A stretch of DNA of 64,000 bases from Simkaniaceae bacterium. Its GTDB lineage: Bacteria; Chlamydiota; Chlamydiia; Chlamydiales; Simkaniaceae. Made by a program: the position numbers and the translations under genes. Position 1 is the first letter of the stretch; each line of letters begins with the position of its first letter. The notes under the pieces are model-generated. The model had not been told where the DNA came from and made no database searches. It worked only from the letters and a program-made list of their open reading frames with translations. Positions 46,153 through 55,193 of the stretch are shown piece after piece. Location: positions 1,713,842 to 1,777,841 of the forward strand of contig CP073763.1 of assembly GCA_018399075.1 (NCBI GenBank), given 5' to 3'.

Positions 46153-47448
46153 ATGATCTATACACGTGTTGTTATTATTGGTGGAGGGTTTGGGGGCCTT
46201 AACTGTGCTCAGACGCTCAGTAAAGCCAACTTAGATATCCTTTTGATCGATAAGAAAAACCACCATTTATTCCAACCTCTTCTTTATCAAGTGGCAAGCG
46301 CTGCCCTTTCACCAGCTGATATTGCAACACCATTGCGTGAAATCTTTGCATCTCAAGTCAATACAACTGTCATCATGGGAACTGTCGAAAGCGTTGATAA
46401 AGAAAAGCGTGAGCTGATTCTTGTGAATGGAGATCATATCCCTTACGACTACCTTGTTATAGCAGCCGGCGCGCGCCATTCCTACTTTGGAAACGATCAG
46501 TGGGAACCGTTAGCCCCAGGCCTTAAAACCATTGCCGATGCTCTAAAAATTCGCGAGCGCATCTTGATCTCCTTCGAAAAAGCAGAACGGATGGATAGCA
46601 TCCATGAAGCTGAGATGTATCTTAATTTCGTCATCATTGGAGGAGGGCCGACGGGAGTTGAGATGGCAGGATCCATTGCTGAAATTGCCCATAAGACGAT
46701 GTTTCAAAATTTCCGGCGGATCAACACTGAAAAATCAAAGATCTATCTTGTGGAAGGGGCTCCTCGCGTTCTCCCTCCTTTCCCAGAAAAGCTCTCAGCA
46801 AGAGCGAAAAAAGATCTCGAGAAAATGGGGGTGCGCGTCATTACCGGAGAAATGGTCACAAATATTACAGAAGAAGGCGCTCAAGTAGGTGACGATTTTA
46901 TTGCCGCACGCAATGTGATCTGGGCTGCAGGAAACCAAGCCTCTCCTCTTCTAAAAACACTCGATATTCCCCTTGATCGTCAAGGTCGGGCCATGGTGGA
47001 ACCCGATCTTTCTATCCCGGAACACTCAGAAATTTTTGTCATTGGCGATGCTGCTTGTGCCATGGGGAAAGATGGGAAACCTCTTCCAGCCATTGCACCG
47101 ACTGCCATCCAACAAGGACGCTACGTTGGAAAAATTATCCGTCGCCAAGTCCCTAAAGAAAAACGGCGCCCCTTTAAATACTTCGATAAAGGAGGCGTTG
47201 CCACCATCGGAAAAAATAAAGCGGTCGGCTACTTCCGCGGCATGCACTTTAAAGGGATCTTTGCTTGGTTGATTTGGGGTTTTATTCATATCTTTTACCT
47301 CGTCAGTTATCGGAGTCAATTTGCTGTCATGCTCGATTGGGTTTTCCACTACATGACAGGCCTTCGTGGAGCCCGTCTGATTCATAAAAATATTGACGAT
47401 GAACTCCCAAAGCTGAATAAGAAAAAGAATGAAGGAAAAAGTCCATAA
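46153..47448 (+). CDS. ndh: type II NADH:quinone oxidoreductase (NDH-2)
   Basis: VVIIGGGFGGL and a second GGGPTGVE dinucleotide fold are present. ATG 46153 follows GGGGGAAAG. Confidence 0.9.
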   Translation: MIYTRVVIIGGGFGGLNCAQTLSKANLDILLIDKKNHHLFQPLLYQVASAALSPADIATPLREIFASQVNTTVIMGTVESVDKEKRELILVNGDHIPYDYLVIAAGARHSYFGNDQWEPLAPGLKTIADALKIRERILISFEKAERMDSIHEAEMYLNFVIIGGGPTGVEMAGSIAEIAHKTMFQNFRRINTEKSKIYLVEGAPRVLPPFPEKLSARAKKDLEKMGVRVITGEMVTNITEEGAQVGDDFIAARNVIWAAGNQASPLLKTLDIPLDRQGRAMVEPDLSIPEHSEIFVIGDAACAMGKDGKPLPAIAPTAIQQGRYVGKIIRRQVPKEKRRPFKYFDKGGVATIGKNKAVGYFRGMHFKGIFAWLIWGFIHIFYLVSYRSQFAVMLDWVFHYMTGLRGARLIHKNIDDELPKLNKKKNEGKSP

Positions 47449-48055
47449 GTTTTGGAAAAACTTAGCGCCCACACTCAACAATATGGTCCTGAATAAGGAT
47501 ATTGATAACTACGACAGTAAAGAGCGCGAAGAAGTGCTGAGTTATCTTCCTAACTTCGAAGGAAAAAAGGTTTTAGAGCTAGCCTCTGGAATTGGACGCT
47601 TTACAGGAAGCTTAGCAGAAAAAGGTGCCCATGTCGAATCGATTGATTATGCTTCCCACTTTCTTGAAACCAATCAAAAGACCCATAAAAATTTCACAAA
47701 CATCCACTACCAATGCATTGATGCCATCGACCTCGATTACCCCAAAGATTCATTCGATTTGATTTTTATCAATTGGCTCTTTCTCTATTTTACCGATCAG
47801 CAACTTCCCTACTTTTTCGACCAACTGAAAAAGTGGTTAACCCCTGGAGGCTATCTCTTTTTTCGGGAGTCTTGTTTCAGCGACATGCGAAACTACGAAC
47901 GAGAAGAATACATGGCGATTTATCGGTTTCATTTTGAATACGAAGCAGCAGCAAAAACCACCTTTGAGATTATTCAAGAAGGAATGATTGAAACCTATAT
48001 TAAACACCGGAATCTCACCAATCAATACTATTGGCTCTGTCAAAAAAAGTGCTAA
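47429..48055 (+). CDS. SAM-dependent methyltransferase, plant-type phosphoethanolamine N-methyltransferase-like single domain
   Basis: 208 aa. [38 protein letters not shown] and C-terminal [10 protein letters not shown] are colinear with my recollection of the PEAMT N-terminal domain. The gene overlaps the ndh 3' end by 20 nt. Confidence 0.8.
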   Translation: [208 protein letters not shown]

Positions 48056-48073
48056 TTCCCCACAATTTCTTCC

Positions 48074-49510
48074 ATGTTGATTTGGAAACGATATCCCGCC
48101 CTTTATGTTGCCCTTCTTGTTCTTATTGGAGTGTCAAGCGCCTTTTTTCTTCCACTCATCAGTTTCACACTCTTCTTTAAAAAACGTCTCTTTTGGATCA
48201 TTCCCCTTCTTACTCTTCTGTATGTAAAACTTCTCTATCCTTCCCTCCCAAAAGAAGATCTCGGCCGCGCCCACTTTCATATCGAAGAAATCAAGAGGCA
48301 TCCAGGCCCTGTAAAAACCACTTTTTGCTACAGTGGAACCATCAAAACCTTTGAAGGGGAAAAGGGAACCTACTATCATCTTCCTGCGCGTCTTTATCTT
48401 CCCCTGAATCAAAAGCATCTCCCAGCCAATATCGACTACCTCATAACAGGAACTCTTACTGAGATTTCAAAGGGCCTTTACATCTTAAAACCTGCAAGAA
48501 AAACGTCTTGGATCCCCATTGAAAAAACAAAAAGCCGCGCTGAGTGGCGCTACGAAAAAAAACAAAGCGTCAAAAAGTGGATTGACTCCCGTTTCAAAGA
48601 CAAAAAAGTCGCGCTATTGCTTTCAGCTCTTGCAACAGGTCATCTAGAAAATCGGTATCTTGCCTATAAATTTAACGCTGTCGGCCTCCAACATCTCCTA
48701 GCGATTTCAGGTTTCCACTTTGCCCTTCTTTCCTTCTTCTTAGCCTTTTTCTTGAAACGTTTTCTCCCAGAAAAGCTTCTTGCCCTTTCTCTCATCCTAT
48801 TGCTGACCACTTACTTCTTTTATATGGGAGCTGCCCCCTCTATCAGTCGCGCCTGGATTGGCGTGTTGATCTATCTCATCGGCCTTCTTTTCCGCTATCG
48901 CCCAACGCCCCTCAATGCCCTCGGCGTCGCTCTTCTTGTTGCCCTTCTCTTCGACCCCCTGATTATTCTCCATATTGGGTTTCAACTCAGCTTCGGTGCC
49001 ACTTTAGGGATCCTTCTTTTCTACCGCCCGATTGAAATCTCCCTTCATAAACTCTTTCCTAAACGTCCCTACCTCCAACTTCTTTCTATGTCTCGCCTTG
49101 ATCAATGTGGCTACCTTTTCTGCACCTACCTCCGCTCCGTTTTAGCCCTCCAAGGCGCCGTTCTCACATTTACTCTCCCCCTCCTTCTCTTCCATTTTCA
49201 AACGTTTCCCCTTGCTTCCCTCTTCTACAACCTCTTCTTTCCCCTTCTTTTTTCGATTCTCCTCGCTCTCTTTCTTCTCCATCTTGATTTTCTTACCGCC
49301 CCCTTTGCCACCTTTCTCATTACCCTTGTTGAAAACGCCCCAAAAAAATTGCTTTTTTCCATTTCTCCAGTACAAACCCTACTGCTCGCCCTTCCATTTA
49401 TCCTTTGTCTAGGGATAAAAAAAGGATCCAAAATCAAGTTTTGGATCCCAGATAAACCAAAAAATTTTAGGAGATTATTCTTGAGTTTCTTTAAAGGGAG
49501 AGTTTGGTGA
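48074..49510 (+). CDS. comEC: ComEC/Rec2-family membrane channel (short form, no MBL domain)
   Basis: 478 aa. LLSALATGH...YKFNAVGLQHLLAISGFHFALL is the competence-domain signature. The C-terminal third is Leu/Phe/Pro-rich. Confidence 0.85.
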   Translation: MLIWKRYPALYVALLVLIGVSSAFFLPLISFTLFFKKRLFWIIPLLTLLYVKLLYPSLPKEDLGRAHFHIEEIKRHPGPVKTTFCYSGTIKTFEGEKGTYYHLPARLYLPLNQKHLPANIDYLITGTLTEISKGLYILKPARKTSWIPIEKTKSRAEWRYEKKQSVKKWIDSRFKDKKVALLLSALATGHLENRYLAYKFNAVGLQHLLAISGFHFALLSFFLAFFLKRFLPEKLLALSLILLLTTYFFYMGAAPSISRAWIGVLIYLIGLLFRYRPTPLNALGVALLVALLFDPLIILHIGFQLSFGATLGILLFYRPIEISLHKLFPKRPYLQLLSMSRLDQCGYLFCTYLRSVLALQGAVLTFTLPLLLFHFQTFPLASLFYNLFFPLLFSILLALFLLHLDFLTAPFATFLITLVENAPKKLLFSISPVQTLLLALPFILCLGIKKGSKIKFWIPDKPKNFRRLFLSFFKGRVW

Positions 49511-50116
49511 AAACAGAAGACTATGAGTCATGCAAGTTAAAGAACTACTCATTATTACAAATTTCCAATTGACAAGGACAGGTGAACCTACAGCTTTTCC
49601 AATTCCTTTTGCAGCACTATAAGAAAACAATAATCCTAAGACTGACTTTAAAGTGGCTGTAATCTCCCAAGCATACTTTTTAGAAAGACTCGTTGAAGCT
49701 GAATGAACTAATGAACCACATAGATTGAAAAAAGCCTGATAACCACCCATTGCTATAGCATGAGGAATGGCAGCTTTCAAACTAAGATTCGGGTTACGCG
49801 TACTTCTTAAATAGATATTAAAGCACCGCGAAACTGTATTCGCTAAAGTTAAATAAAGAATACATTTTTTATAATCCTCACGGCTTTTGAACGGTTTCTT
49901 ACCATCTCTTTCCTCCATGTAATAGTCCTGAATCATTTTATTAGCCTTAGTGATAGCGACTGGACGGAGAAATTCAGGAACCCATTTAAAAGCAGTGATC
50001 CCCTTTTCCATTGAAACCGCTGTCGTTAACACAATTGCAGCAAGACCCAAAATCCTTTGATCGATAGGGAAATATTCATCAAGCGCTAATTTTCCTATAT
50101 AGCAAAATTTTCCCAC
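49475..50116 (-). CDS. hypothetical membrane protein, paralog of 50282..51049; frame continues upstream through an in-frame TGA
   Basis: 213-aa ORF from GTG 50116. The same frame is open from ATG 50215 (AAGGAG SD) except for TGA at 50138-50140. TRNPNLSLKAAI matches IRNPSLPLKPYL in the paralog. Confidence 0.55.
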   Translation of the reverse strand: MGKFCYIGKLALDEYFPIDQRILGLAAIVLTTAVSMEKGITAFKWVPEFLRPVAITKANKMIQDYYMEERDGKKPFKSREDYKKCILYLTLANTVSRCFNIYLRSTRNPNLSLKAAIPHAIAMGGYQAFFNLCGSLVHSASTSLSKKYAWEITATLKSVLGLLFSYSAAKGIGKAVGSPVLVNWKFVIMSSSLTCMTHSLLFSPNSPFKETQE

Positions 50117-50237
50117 ATAGACGGGAGTGAGATCAGCTCAAGGGCTAATGCTCCTTTCACTCATAACCTCGCTATATTGAAGGAAAGAGTTTAGCATAAT
50201 TTGATTGAGTGCCATAGGTGTTCTCCTTAAACGTGGA

Positions 50238-50254
50238 GGCCCCAAATTGGGGCC
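50238..50254 (-). terminator. GC hairpin after gene 50282..51049
   Basis: GGCCCC-AAATT-GGGGCC. No clear U-tract. Confidence 0.35.
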
Positions 50255-50281
50255 CCTAAAAACCATTAAAAATCTTCTATC

Positions 50282-51049
50282 CTAAAGAATTTTGCCAGCT
50301 AAATAAATGCCTGCAACACTTAGGGCTTCCCACTGTCTATTGACCAGGATCGTCTCACCTGTATAGCGGCCCACACCATAAGCAACAAGAGAGCCAAGTA
50401 AGAACTTAGAACCAAGGTCATTGATCAATCTAGCTTCGTTTTTACCTGCAAAACTACCTAAATTGCTATGAATCGTTTGATCAGCATAACGAGCTTTAAG
50501 GCGAGTTAATAGGACAACTCCGGCTCCATAATAGAGGTAAGGCTTAAGAGGAAGAGAAGGGTTTCGAATGGACTCAAGCTTATACAGGATACATGTTGTC
50601 GCAATAGCTGCAACTGCATTTAACAAGGCCCCAGTTCTTTCCTGATTATCAGTCCTTGCATCATGATCTAGAACTGTCCGAGTTTCCCCATCGAAATGCT
50701 CCTTTTTTGTAGGCTTTGTCATGCGAGTAATTAAAGAGTGAATACTAGGATAAAACGTAAGTACCATCGTTTCAGCACTGAAACTCACATTATACCCTTT
50801 ACTGGCCCCATAACGATACAGCCCAAACTGTAATAAAAGTGGAATCGCTATTTCAGTAACTTGACTATCAAATACATTCTTTTTTATGTATGGAGCGATT
50901 GCTTGTGAAACATAAAGTGAAACCCTCGCTGCCAAAGGAGCAAAAAGATCTTCTTTGGTTGTCCCTCTTGAGTACTGTTGATAAAGCGTCTCTCCTGAAG
51001 TGATCGCCTTTGGTACCAGCGCTTTAAAAACTCCATTTAACGTTGCCAT
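50282..51049 (-). CDS. hypothetical membrane protein (paralog family)
   Basis: 255 aa with several hydrophobic segments. GGAGG precedes ATG 51049. Confidence 0.65.
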   Translation of the reverse strand: MATLNGVFKALVPKAITSGETLYQQYSRGTTKEDLFAPLAARVSLYVSQAIAPYIKKNVFDSQVTEIAIPLLLQFGLYRYGASKGYNVSFSAETMVLTFYPSIHSLITRMTKPTKKEHFDGETRTVLDHDARTDNQERTGALLNAVAAIATTCILYKLESIRNPSLPLKPYLYYGAGVVLLTRLKARYADQTIHSNLGSFAGKNEARLINDLGSKFLLGSLVAYGVGRYTGETILVNRQWEALSVAGIYLAGKIL

Positions 51050-51142
51050 AACACCTCCTAAGGTTGGTTAAATTTGCAAAAATTATAAAGATTTTATTAA
51101 TAAAAGCAAGATTAAAATATTTGTTATGAACCCTCCTCCCTA

Positions 51143-51171
51143 TTGACCAAAATCTCTCTTTACGGTAAAAA
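51143..51171 (+). promoter_or_regulatory. sigma70-like promoter for tRNA-His
   Basis: TTGACC-17nt-TAAAAA(T), 17 nt upstream of the tRNA 5' end. Confidence 0.4.
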
Positions 51172-51188
51172 TAGTCCCTTCTTTAGAT

Positions 51189-51262
51189 GGCGGTCGTAGC
51201 TCAGTTGGTAGAGCACTTGATTGTGGTTCAAGACGTCGCGGGTTCAAGTCCCGTCGATCGCC
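51189..51262 (+). tRNA. tRNA-His (GTG) with genomically encoded G-1
   Basis: G-GCGGTCGTAGCTCAGTTGGTAGAGCACTTGATTGTGGTTCAAG...TTCAAGTCCCGTCGATCGC-C. The extra 5' G lies opposite C73. Confidence 0.9.
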
Positions 51263-51533
51263 CTTCTTTTGGTTGAGCATTTAGTAAAAAAGCGAAACCT
51301 AAGTGTGGCTGTGGCTTCATTATATTGAATTTCTCTCCTCAACAATAGCCCTTGGCTATTGTCCTCGTCGTTCACTCCAATCTAATTTTGCCTCGCTCCC
51401 CCTAGTTTCCTCTTTTTTATTAAATGCCCAACCATTCCCCTTCTCAATTGATCTCTCTTTGTGTTCTCTGGGTGCTCTGTGGTAAAAAAATTGCCTTTTC
51501 TATTGGGAAAGTTTTTGCTAAGCTAAGGTTAAG

Positions 51534-53798
51534 ATGGAGAAAAAGAAAACAACACATCCAGAAATTAAGGGACTACTTACTCTTATTGGGAGTATCCTTT
51601 TCATTTTATGCATGGCAAGTTTTGTTCATGGTTTCCCAAGAGCCAATTGGTTTGGGGTGGTTGGCTATGGGATTGGCCTCGCCTCTCTTTGGACGTTTGG
51701 GCTATCAGCCTATTTAATTGCTGCCTATGTGGGATGGATTGGTTGGAAGATGCTCATGGGAGGGGTTCCTCCTCAGCTGAAGATGAAAACACTCTACTTT
51801 GGGATTGGAATTATTTCCCTTTCGATGCTTATGAATTTGCTCACGGAAGTGGGTGGGTTTGCCAATGGCTTTATTGAGCGCCGTCTTTTCTCTGAAATTT
51901 ACTTAAGCAACTACCCTTTCCCCCATAGAGTCGTCCGGTTTAATTTGGGAGGCGTTCCTCTCTATTACTTACTGAGAGACATTCCGACTTTTAATCTGCA
52001 ACACCTGCTGAGTAATATCGGCGTTATGATTACCTTCTCACTGACAGGACTGATGTCGCTGATTCTCTTTACGAATACCCGAATTATTCCCCTCCTGAAA
52101 AAGAGTCGAGTCCTTTTAAAAATGATGTGGGAATTTCTTAAGAAGGTGATCAAGGATTTTAAGCCGATCAAAATCAAGCGGAAAATGCCAACAACTCCCC
52201 ATCCCATGCAAAGGGTCTATCATCAACCTGAGGTGCGAAGGGTTCAGCCGATTCAAGAGGAGCTTGAGGTGCCTTCAGATTTAAAGATTACAACCCACTT
52301 AGAAAAGAGGAAAGAAGTAGGAAAGGTCAAGAATATGGACACAAAGTCCTATTCGGGAGCTTTTAAACGCTTTCGTCTTCCTCCACTCAACCTACTCACG
52401 AACGCTAAGAAAGTCGATAAGCCAACACTCAAAAAAGATCTGGAGCGGCAGGCAAAAATTTTGGAAGATACGCTTCTCAGCTTTGGTGTGGAGGGAAAAG
52501 TCGGTGAAATCAATTGCGGCCCGACCATCACCTCTTTTGAAGTGCATCCACCAACAGGTGTAAAAGTTCAAAAAATCAAGGTTCTTGAAAACGATATTGC
52601 CCTTAACCTGCAGGCTAAATCGATCCGAATCATTGCGCCGATCCCTGGAAAAGCAGCGGTAGGCGTAGAGGTTCCCTCTTTATATCCCCAAGAAGTTGGG
52701 TTTAAAGAAATGCTCAGTGAGTATCAGAAAGGAGCGAAGAAACTTCACATCCCTATCATGCTCGGACAGACAGTATCGGGAGATAATGTGGTGTGCGATC
52801 TCACGAAGATGCCTCACTGCATCATTGCCGGTGCTACTGGCTCGGGTAAATCGGTTTGTATTAATAGTATTGTGATGTCGATCTTGATGACCGCCCGCCC
52901 TGATGAAGTGCGTCTCCTTCTGGTTGATCCCAAAAAAGTCGAACTAAGCTCCTATGCCAACCTTCCCCATATGATTGCCCCTGTGATTACTGAAGCGCAT
53001 GGAGCTTATGCAGCCTTAAACTGGCTAGTGAAGGAGATGGGAGAGCGCTATGAGATGCTTAAACGGCTAAAACTTCGAAATATCAATGCGTTTAACCATC
53101 GGAAATATAATCCTGAAAAGGAAGCGGAGCTCGAAATGGAGATTCCGCGAAAGATGCCTTATTTTGTCGCGATTATCGATGAGTTTGCCGACCTAATGAT
53201 GGCCTCAAGTTCTGATTTAGAAACACCGATTGCACGGATTGCGCAGATGGCCCGCGCCGTTGGGATTCACCTCATTTTAGCAACGCAGCGCCCCTCAAGG
53301 GAAGTGATTACTGGGCTCATTAAAGCGAACTTCCCGAGCCGTATTTCCTTCAAGGTGGCAAGTCGGGTCAATAGTCAGATTATTCTCGATGAAAATGGGG
53401 CAGAAACCCTTTTAGGGAATGGGGATCTTCTTTTCCTCCCTCCGGGTTCTCACAATTTAACGCGGGCCCAAGGGGTTTTTGTTCGAGATGAAGATATTAA
53501 TCGCGTGATCGACCATATTGAAACTCAAGCAGGTCCTCAATATCTGATCAAATCTTTCGATCAGATGGCGCAAACCGATTTCTTATCAAAAGATAGTGCT
53601 GCTAGTGGAAAGGATGATCTTTATTCTCAAGCCTATCAGATCATTACAGAAACAGGAACAGCATCAACAACATTCCTCCAGCGAAAGCTTAAAATTGGCT
53701 ATGCTCGCGCAGCTTCTCTTATGGATGAACTGGAATCCAATGGGGTGATCGGTTCCCAAGACGGCAGCCGTCGTCGCGTTCTTCTTAAAAATGACTAG
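51534..53798 (+). CDS. ftsK: DNA translocase FtsK
   Basis: 754 aa with N-terminal TM helices, GATGSGKSV Walker A, LLVDPKKVEL, and a C-terminal gamma winged-helix (FLQRKLKIGYARAASLMDELE). Confidence 0.95.
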   Translation: MEKKKTTHPEIKGLLTLIGSILFILCMASFVHGFPRANWFGVVGYGIGLASLWTFGLSAYLIAAYVGWIGWKMLMGGVPPQLKMKTLYFGIGIISLSMLMNLLTEVGGFANGFIERRLFSEIYLSNYPFPHRVVRFNLGGVPLYYLLRDIPTFNLQHLLSNIGVMITFSLTGLMSLILFTNTRIIPLLKKSRVLLKMMWEFLKKVIKDFKPIKIKRKMPTTPHPMQRVYHQPEVRRVQPIQEELEVPSDLKITTHLEKRKEVGKVKNMDTKSYSGAFKRFRLPPLNLLTNAKKVDKPTLKKDLERQAKILEDTLLSFGVEGKVGEINCGPTITSFEVHPPTGVKVQKIKVLENDIALNLQAKSIRIIAPIPGKAAVGVEVPSLYPQEVGFKEMLSEYQKGAKKLHIPIMLGQTVSGDNVVCDLTKMPHCIIAGATGSGKSVCINSIVMSILMTARPDEVRLLLVDPKKVELSSYANLPHMIAPVITEAHGAYAALNWLVKEMGERYEMLKRLKLRNINAFNHRKYNPEKEAELEMEIPRKMPYFVAIIDEFADLMMASSSDLETPIARIAQMARAVGIHLILATQRPSREVITGLIKANFPSRISFKVASRVNSQIILDENGAETLLGNGDLLFLPPGSHNLTRAQGVFVRDEDINRVIDHIETQAGPQYLIKSFDQMAQTDFLSKDSAASGKDDLYSQAYQIITETGTASTTFLQRKLKIGYARAASLMDELESNGVIGSQDGSRRRVLLKND

Positions 53799-53849
53799 CA
53801 TTTAATCTTTATAGAGATAAGATGCGGTTAGGAGGTGGTATACTCCACT

Positions 53850-55184
53850 ATGCCCCAGAAGAAGCGTAAAATCTTAATTGCCGACCCTTCTACGACGTTG
53901 ATCGATGCAATCTTAACGTCCAAGGAAGCTTCTAATTACGAATTTGTAACAGCAAAGACAGGACCGGCTGCTCTTAAGAAAATCCAAGAATTTGAACCCG
54001 ACCTTTTGATGATTGACCTCATTATGCCCCATATTCATGGGATTGAGGTGATGAAAACAATTAAAACCAATGCCCGTTATCGAGAGATGGGGATTATTGT
54101 CTCTTCTTACCATGTCATGATCCAAAACTACCATGCTGTCATCGAAGAGGGAGCCGACTACTTCCTCACAAAACCCTTTGATATCCCTGATTTCTTTAAG
54201 CTTGTTGAGCGATTTTTCGCCGGTGATTTGAAACCAGGACCCTTTTCGCTTAAGAGTGGACATGAGATTGTCCAAAACCACTGCTACCACCCCATCCCTT
54301 CAACACTTTCCTCTTATATCCGTTTTTGGGGAACAAGGGGATCAAATCCTGTTGCTGGAGCTGAATATGTCCGCTATGGAGGGAATACCTCCTGTTTAGA
54401 AGTACGCCATGGGGATGATCTTCTGATCATTGATGCTGGGACTGGGATCAGACAACTTGGAGACTTAGTAGGCATCGAGGATAAACAGACCATCCATCTT
54501 TTTGTCTCCCATACCCACTGGGATCACATCACCGGATTTCCTTTCTTTGGCCCACTCTATAAAAAGAATTGTAATGTGGTGATCTGGGCACCTGTTGGAT
54601 TTGAAAAGAGTACGAAAGAGCTTTTTACCAGCATGCTCGCTTATGCTTATTTCCCTGTCCGTCTTGATGAGATGAAAGCAAAAGTCACCTTTAAAGAGCT
54701 GCGCGATGACCGCCCTGTTTCAATTGGAGATCTTATCATTGACTGCCACTTCACCAATCATCCAGGACCTACGGTGGGCTTTAAGATTAAATCACCGAAG
54801 AAAACGATTGGCTATATCACTGACAACGAAGTGCTCCTTGGCTACCTCGGGCATCCGAATGCCATCCATCTCAAACATCCCCTTCTCGAACCCCACCTTG
54901 GACTCATCAACTTCCTCAAAGACTGCGATCTTGTTGTCCATGAAGCGCAATACTTCCCCGAAGAATACTATCGGAAAACGGGGTGGGGACACTCTTCGAT
55001 TTCAAATGCAACTGTCCTTCTAAAATATACCGGTTGTAAAGAGTGGCTCGTGACTCACCACGACCCCAATCATAAAGATCTCGATCTTCAAGTGAAGCTT
55101 CAGCTTCACAACGATATCATCAAAGAATGCAACCTCGATATCAAAGTTGATATCGCCTATGACGGTCTTATGATCCCTTTATAA
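53850..55184 (+). CDS. response-regulator receiver domain fused to an MBL-fold hydrolase
   Basis: REC elements: KILIAD..., LLMIDLIMP (phospho-Asp context), LTKPF. The MBL domain has GTRGS, GGNTSCLEV, IIDAGTG and SHTHWDHITG. Confidence 0.8.
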   Translation: MPQKKRKILIADPSTTLIDAILTSKEASNYEFVTAKTGPAALKKIQEFEPDLLMIDLIMPHIHGIEVMKTIKTNARYREMGIIVSSYHVMIQNYHAVIEEGADYFLTKPFDIPDFFKLVERFFAGDLKPGPFSLKSGHEIVQNHCYHPIPSTLSSYIRFWGTRGSNPVAGAEYVRYGGNTSCLEVRHGDDLLIIDAGTGIRQLGDLVGIEDKQTIHLFVSHTHWDHITGFPFFGPLYKKNCNVVIWAPVGFEKSTKELFTSMLAYAYFPVRLDEMKAKVTFKELRDDRPVSIGDLIIDCHFTNHPGPTVGFKIKSPKKTIGYITDNEVLLGYLGHPNAIHLKHPLLEPHLGLINFLKDCDLVVHEAQYFPEEYYRKTGWGHSSISNATVLLKYTGCKEWLVTHHDPNHKDLDLQVKLQLHNDIIKECNLDIKVDIAYDGLMIPL

Positions 55185-55193
55185 GGATATTCT

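Noticed and set aside
49105-49437. Cluster of overlapping ORFs on both strands; checked as a possible repeat array
   Set aside because: This is CT-rich low-complexity sequence encoding the Leu/Phe/Pro-rich C-terminal helices of ComEC. There is no regular repeat-spacer periodicity.
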